Positions 61,297 through 64,000 of a DNA stretch of 64,000 nt are shown in pieces. Location of the stretch: NCBI RefSeq assembly GCF_014337235.1, contig NZ_CP060636.1. The stretch is one strand, 5' to 3'. The notes beneath the pieces were generated by a model that worked only from the letters and a program-made list of their open reading frames with translations, ran no database searches and had not been told where the DNA came from. The stretch's first letter is position 1; each line of letters starts with the position of its first letter. The position numbers were made by a program, and so were the translations under genes. This stretch comes from [Eubacterium] hominis. Lineage in GTDB: Bacteria; Bacillota_I; Bacilli_A; Erysipelotrichales; Erysipelotrichaceae.

Positions 61297-61638
61297 ATGA
61301 GTCAATCAGAGCTGGATATTTTGGAAATCATTTCAAGTGTTGGGCAGGCAAGAAATTATTATATTGAAGCAATTCAGGAAGCAAAAAGCGGGAATTATGA
61401 AGCCTGCAACGAGCTGTTAAAAAAAGGAAATGAAATGTATGCGAAGGGGCATCGTATTCACCAGTTAATGGTACAAACAGAAGCAGGTGGAGAACGTGTA
61501 GAGTTAAACCTTTTACTTACACATGCACAAGACCAGTTGATGAGTGCAGAGGCATTTAAAATACTTTGTGATGAATTTGTGGATGTTTATCGTAAATTCG
61601 ATGAAGTAAATAATCGTTTGGATATGCTACAGGGCTAA
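61297..61638 (+). CDS. PTS lactose/cellobiose-family EIIA component
   Basis: conserved His-containing helix GHRIHQLMVQ and ~105-aa three-helix length. Confidence 0.75.
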   Translation: MSQSELDILEIISSVGQARNYYIEAIQEAKSGNYEACNELLKKGNEMYAKGHRIHQLMVQTEAGGERVELNLLLTHAQDQLMSAEAFKILCDEFVDVYRKFDEVNNRLDMLQG

Positions 61639-61707
61639 GTTTTTCTTAGTCCTTTCTTTTGGCTTCAATATCAGATATAATAAAGCGGAAAACGGGAGGA
61701 AAAGGAT

Positions 61708-62511
61708 ATGCAGAAAAAAATTTTCTTTTTTGATTATGATGGGACATTGGTACATAATACAACAAAACAAATTCCTGAAAGTGCCATGCGTGCATTACAG
61801 GAATTAAAAAAACAAGGACATATATTATTTGTGAATACCGGACGTACAAAAGGTATTGTGGATCCAGAAATCTATGACTGGCCTTTTGATGGCATGATTT
61901 TAGGTTGTGGAACCTATATTACCTATCATGATGAAATCTGGTTAGATGAAGCTGTGGATGAGAAAGACCATGAAACAATACAAAATATTATGAACAAATA
62001 TCATAGTGAAGCATTTTATGAAGGTAAAGACTGCCTATACATAAGTGATCATATTCAACATAAAGATTTAATAAACATGATAAAAAGATATAAAGAAAAC
62101 GGGATAACTATATTACCGGATACTACAGAGCATAAATCGTTTAGTAAATTATTCGTTTGTATGCCAGATATATCTCGAAAAGAGGCATTTGTAGATGAAA
62201 TGGGTGCTTATTTTACATATATCAATCGAGGAATTGATCGCTGTGAGTTTGTGCCAAAAGGTTATTCCAAAGCGACAGGTATTCAATTCGTTTGTGAAAA
62301 GCTTGGTGTAGATAAAGAAGATTGTTTCGTATTTGGTGATAGTAATAATGATATGCCAATGTTTGAATATATTTCTAACAGTGTGTTGATTGGTGGAGAG
62401 AATCCAGAGTTATCAAAACATGTGATGTACACCAGCTGTGAGGCATTAGAAGATGGTGTGGAAAAAGCACTGATTGCGTTAGGGTTCATCAAACAGGAAT
62501 GTGTCAAATGA
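61708..62511 (+). CDS. Cof-type HAD-IIB family hydrolase
   Basis: FFFDYDGTLV motif I and FGDSNNDMPMF motif IV. Confidence 0.8.
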   Translation: MQKKIFFFDYDGTLVHNTTKQIPESAMRALQELKKQGHILFVNTGRTKGIVDPEIYDWPFDGMILGCGTYITYHDEIWLDEAVDEKDHETIQNIMNKYHSEAFYEGKDCLYISDHIQHKDLINMIKRYKENGITILPDTTEHKSFSKLFVCMPDISRKEAFVDEMGAYFTYINRGIDRCEFVPKGYSKATGIQFVCEKLGVDKEDCFVFGDSNNDMPMFEYISNSVLIGGENPELSKHVMYTSCEALEDGVEKALIALGFIKQECVK

Positions 62512-63999
62512 ATGAAATAGAAACGTTAAAGAAATATTTTGGATATGACGCCTTTCGAGAAGGACAAAAAGAGTTGATCACAAACATTCTGCAGGGAAAA
62601 GATGTATTGGGAATTATGCCAACAGGTGCTGGCAAATCTATCTGTTATCAGGTACCTGCGGCAATGATGGAAGGTATTACTTTGGTTATATCACCATTGA
62701 TCTCCTTAATGAAAGATCAGGTTGGGACATTAAATGAAAACGGCATACGTGCAGCTTTTTTCAATAGCTCGTTAACATTTGCTCAATATCAGAAAGCGTT
62801 ACAACTGGCAAAGCAATATACCTATAAAATCATTTATGTGGCACCAGAGCGATTACTAAATGATGAATTTTTAGCATTCGCAAAACAGATGAATATCGCC
62901 ATGGTATGTGTAGATGAAGCACATTGTGTCAGTCAGTGGGGACAGGATTTCCGCCCACATTATCTTCAGATACAAAGCTTTTTAAAACAACTGCCAAAAC
63001 GCCCAATTGTATCCGCTTTTACTGCCACAGCAACATCAGAGGTAAAAGCAGACATCATTCGGTTATTGGATATGAAACAGCCATTTGAAATTACAACAGG
63101 ATTTGATAGAAAAAATCTTTACTTTGCGGTAGAAAAGCCAAAAGATAAGTATCAGGCATTGTTGTCATATGTAAAGGAAAATAAAAATCAAAGTGGAATT
63201 GTTTATTGTCTAACAAGAAAAAGTGTAGAAGAAGTTTGCGAACGTTTAAACAAGGATGGCTTTCAGGCAACACGATATCATGCGGGATTAAGTGAATCAG
63301 AACGTTCCAAGAATCAGGATGATTTTCAATATGATCGTAAAACCATAATGGTGGCGACCAATGCTTTTGGTATGGGTATCGATAAATCAAATGTTCGTTA
63401 CGTTATGCATTACCATATGCCGAAAAACATGGAAAGCTATTATCAGGAGGCAGGTCGTGCAGGGCGTGATGGGGAACGTGCAGATTGTATCTTACTTTAT
63501 GGCGCAAAGGATGTGCATACCAATTTGTTTTTAATTGAACAAAGTCATATGCAAGAAGATATGGATGAAGATATGCGTGCGAAACTTCAGGCAAAGGAAA
63601 AAGAACGATTAAAATCTATGACGTTTTATTGTACGATTTCTGGATGTTTACGCCACTATATGTTGAAGTATTTTGGTGAACAAAGCGAAGGTTATTGTGG
63701 GAATTGTTCCAATTGTTTGAGTCAGTATGAGGAACAGGATATCAAACAGGATGCACTACAGGTTGTGGCGTGTATCAAAAGCAGTGGAGAACGTTTTGGG
63801 AGAACTATGATTACTGATATATTAAGAGGCAGTGCAAATGCGAAAATAAAAAGCTATCATCTGGATCATAATGAAAGCTATGGATTATTGAAAAAGCATT
63901 CAAAAGCTTATATTTATCAAATGATGGATGATTTATTATATCAGGGGGTTCTGAAACAAAGCCAGGATGGATATGCAATCATAAGTGTGGGGGATGATT
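62508..63999 (+). CDS. recQ: ATP-dependent DNA helicase RecQ (3' end beyond window)
   Basis: FGYDAFREGQ, MPTGAGKS, DEAHCVSQWGQDFRP, zinc-binding CRHY...CGNC and HRDC-like region; ORF open to window end. Confidence 0.85.
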   Translation, partial: MNEIETLKKYFGYDAFREGQKELITNILQGKDVLGIMPTGAGKSICYQVPAAMMEGITLVISPLISLMKDQVGTLNENGIRAAFFNSSLTFAQYQKALQLAKQYTYKIIYVAPERLLNDEFLAFAKQMNIAMVCVDEAHCVSQWGQDFRPHYLQIQSFLKQLPKRPIVSAFTATATSEVKADIIRLLDMKQPFEITTGFDRKNLYFAVEKPKDKYQALLSYVKENKNQSGIVYCLTRKSVEEVCERLNKDGFQATRYHAGLSESERSKNQDDFQYDRKTIMVATNAFGMGIDKSNVRYVMHYHMPKNMESYYQEAGRAGRDGERADCILLYGAKDVHTNLFLIEQSHMQEDMDEDMRAKLQAKEKERLKSMTFYCTISGCLRHYMLKYFGEQSEGYCGNCSNCLSQYEEQDIKQDALQVVACIKSSGERFGRTMITDILRGSANAKIKSYHLDHNESYGLLKKHSKAYIYQMMDDLLYQGVLKQSQDGYAIISVGDD

Positions 64000-64000
64000 C

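Overview
This is a low-GC Firmicutes chromosomal segment, probably Erysipelotrichaceae- or Clostridia-like (FemAB, YitT, oppABCDF, rnmV-ksgA-ispE and glmU-prs synteny). It carries mostly housekeeping genes with several accessory islets between them. No integrase, transposase or CRISPR array was seen.

Core genes:
- rnmV-rsmA-ispE, an OmpR/histidine-kinase pair, glmU-prs, mnmE, tatD, oppABCDF.
- A thioredoxin/CcdA-TlpA/Lpd-like redox cluster and a partial recQ at the right edge.

Accessory content worth attention:
1. A minus-strand operon (28.1-32.6 kb) in which the RNA ligase RtcB is flanked by two paralogous SPFH/band-7 proteins carrying 1 and 3 copies of a ~140-aa N-terminal module.
2. A tandem pair of WYL-domain regulators (PafBC-like) immediately upstream of that operon. 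Between the regulators and the operon is a 785-bp regulatory region with duplicated promoter-like repeats and a tRNA T-arm-like hairpin.
3. An AT-rich islet (50.0-52.6 kb) with an ABC-type ATPase plus a small HEPN-motif (RNxxxH) partner. The partner ORF ends at an in-frame TGA and continues in frame for 38 more codons.
4. A small secreted protein followed by two MacB-like fused ATPase-FtsX exporters (0-4.5 kb).
5. A 940-bp ORF-free, GC-elevated region with a terminator-capped candidate sRNA (22.1-23.0 kb).
6. A 5 x 23-bp tandem repeat, a RES-domain-like toxin candidate, an orphan type IV pilin-like gene, and divergent XRE modules.
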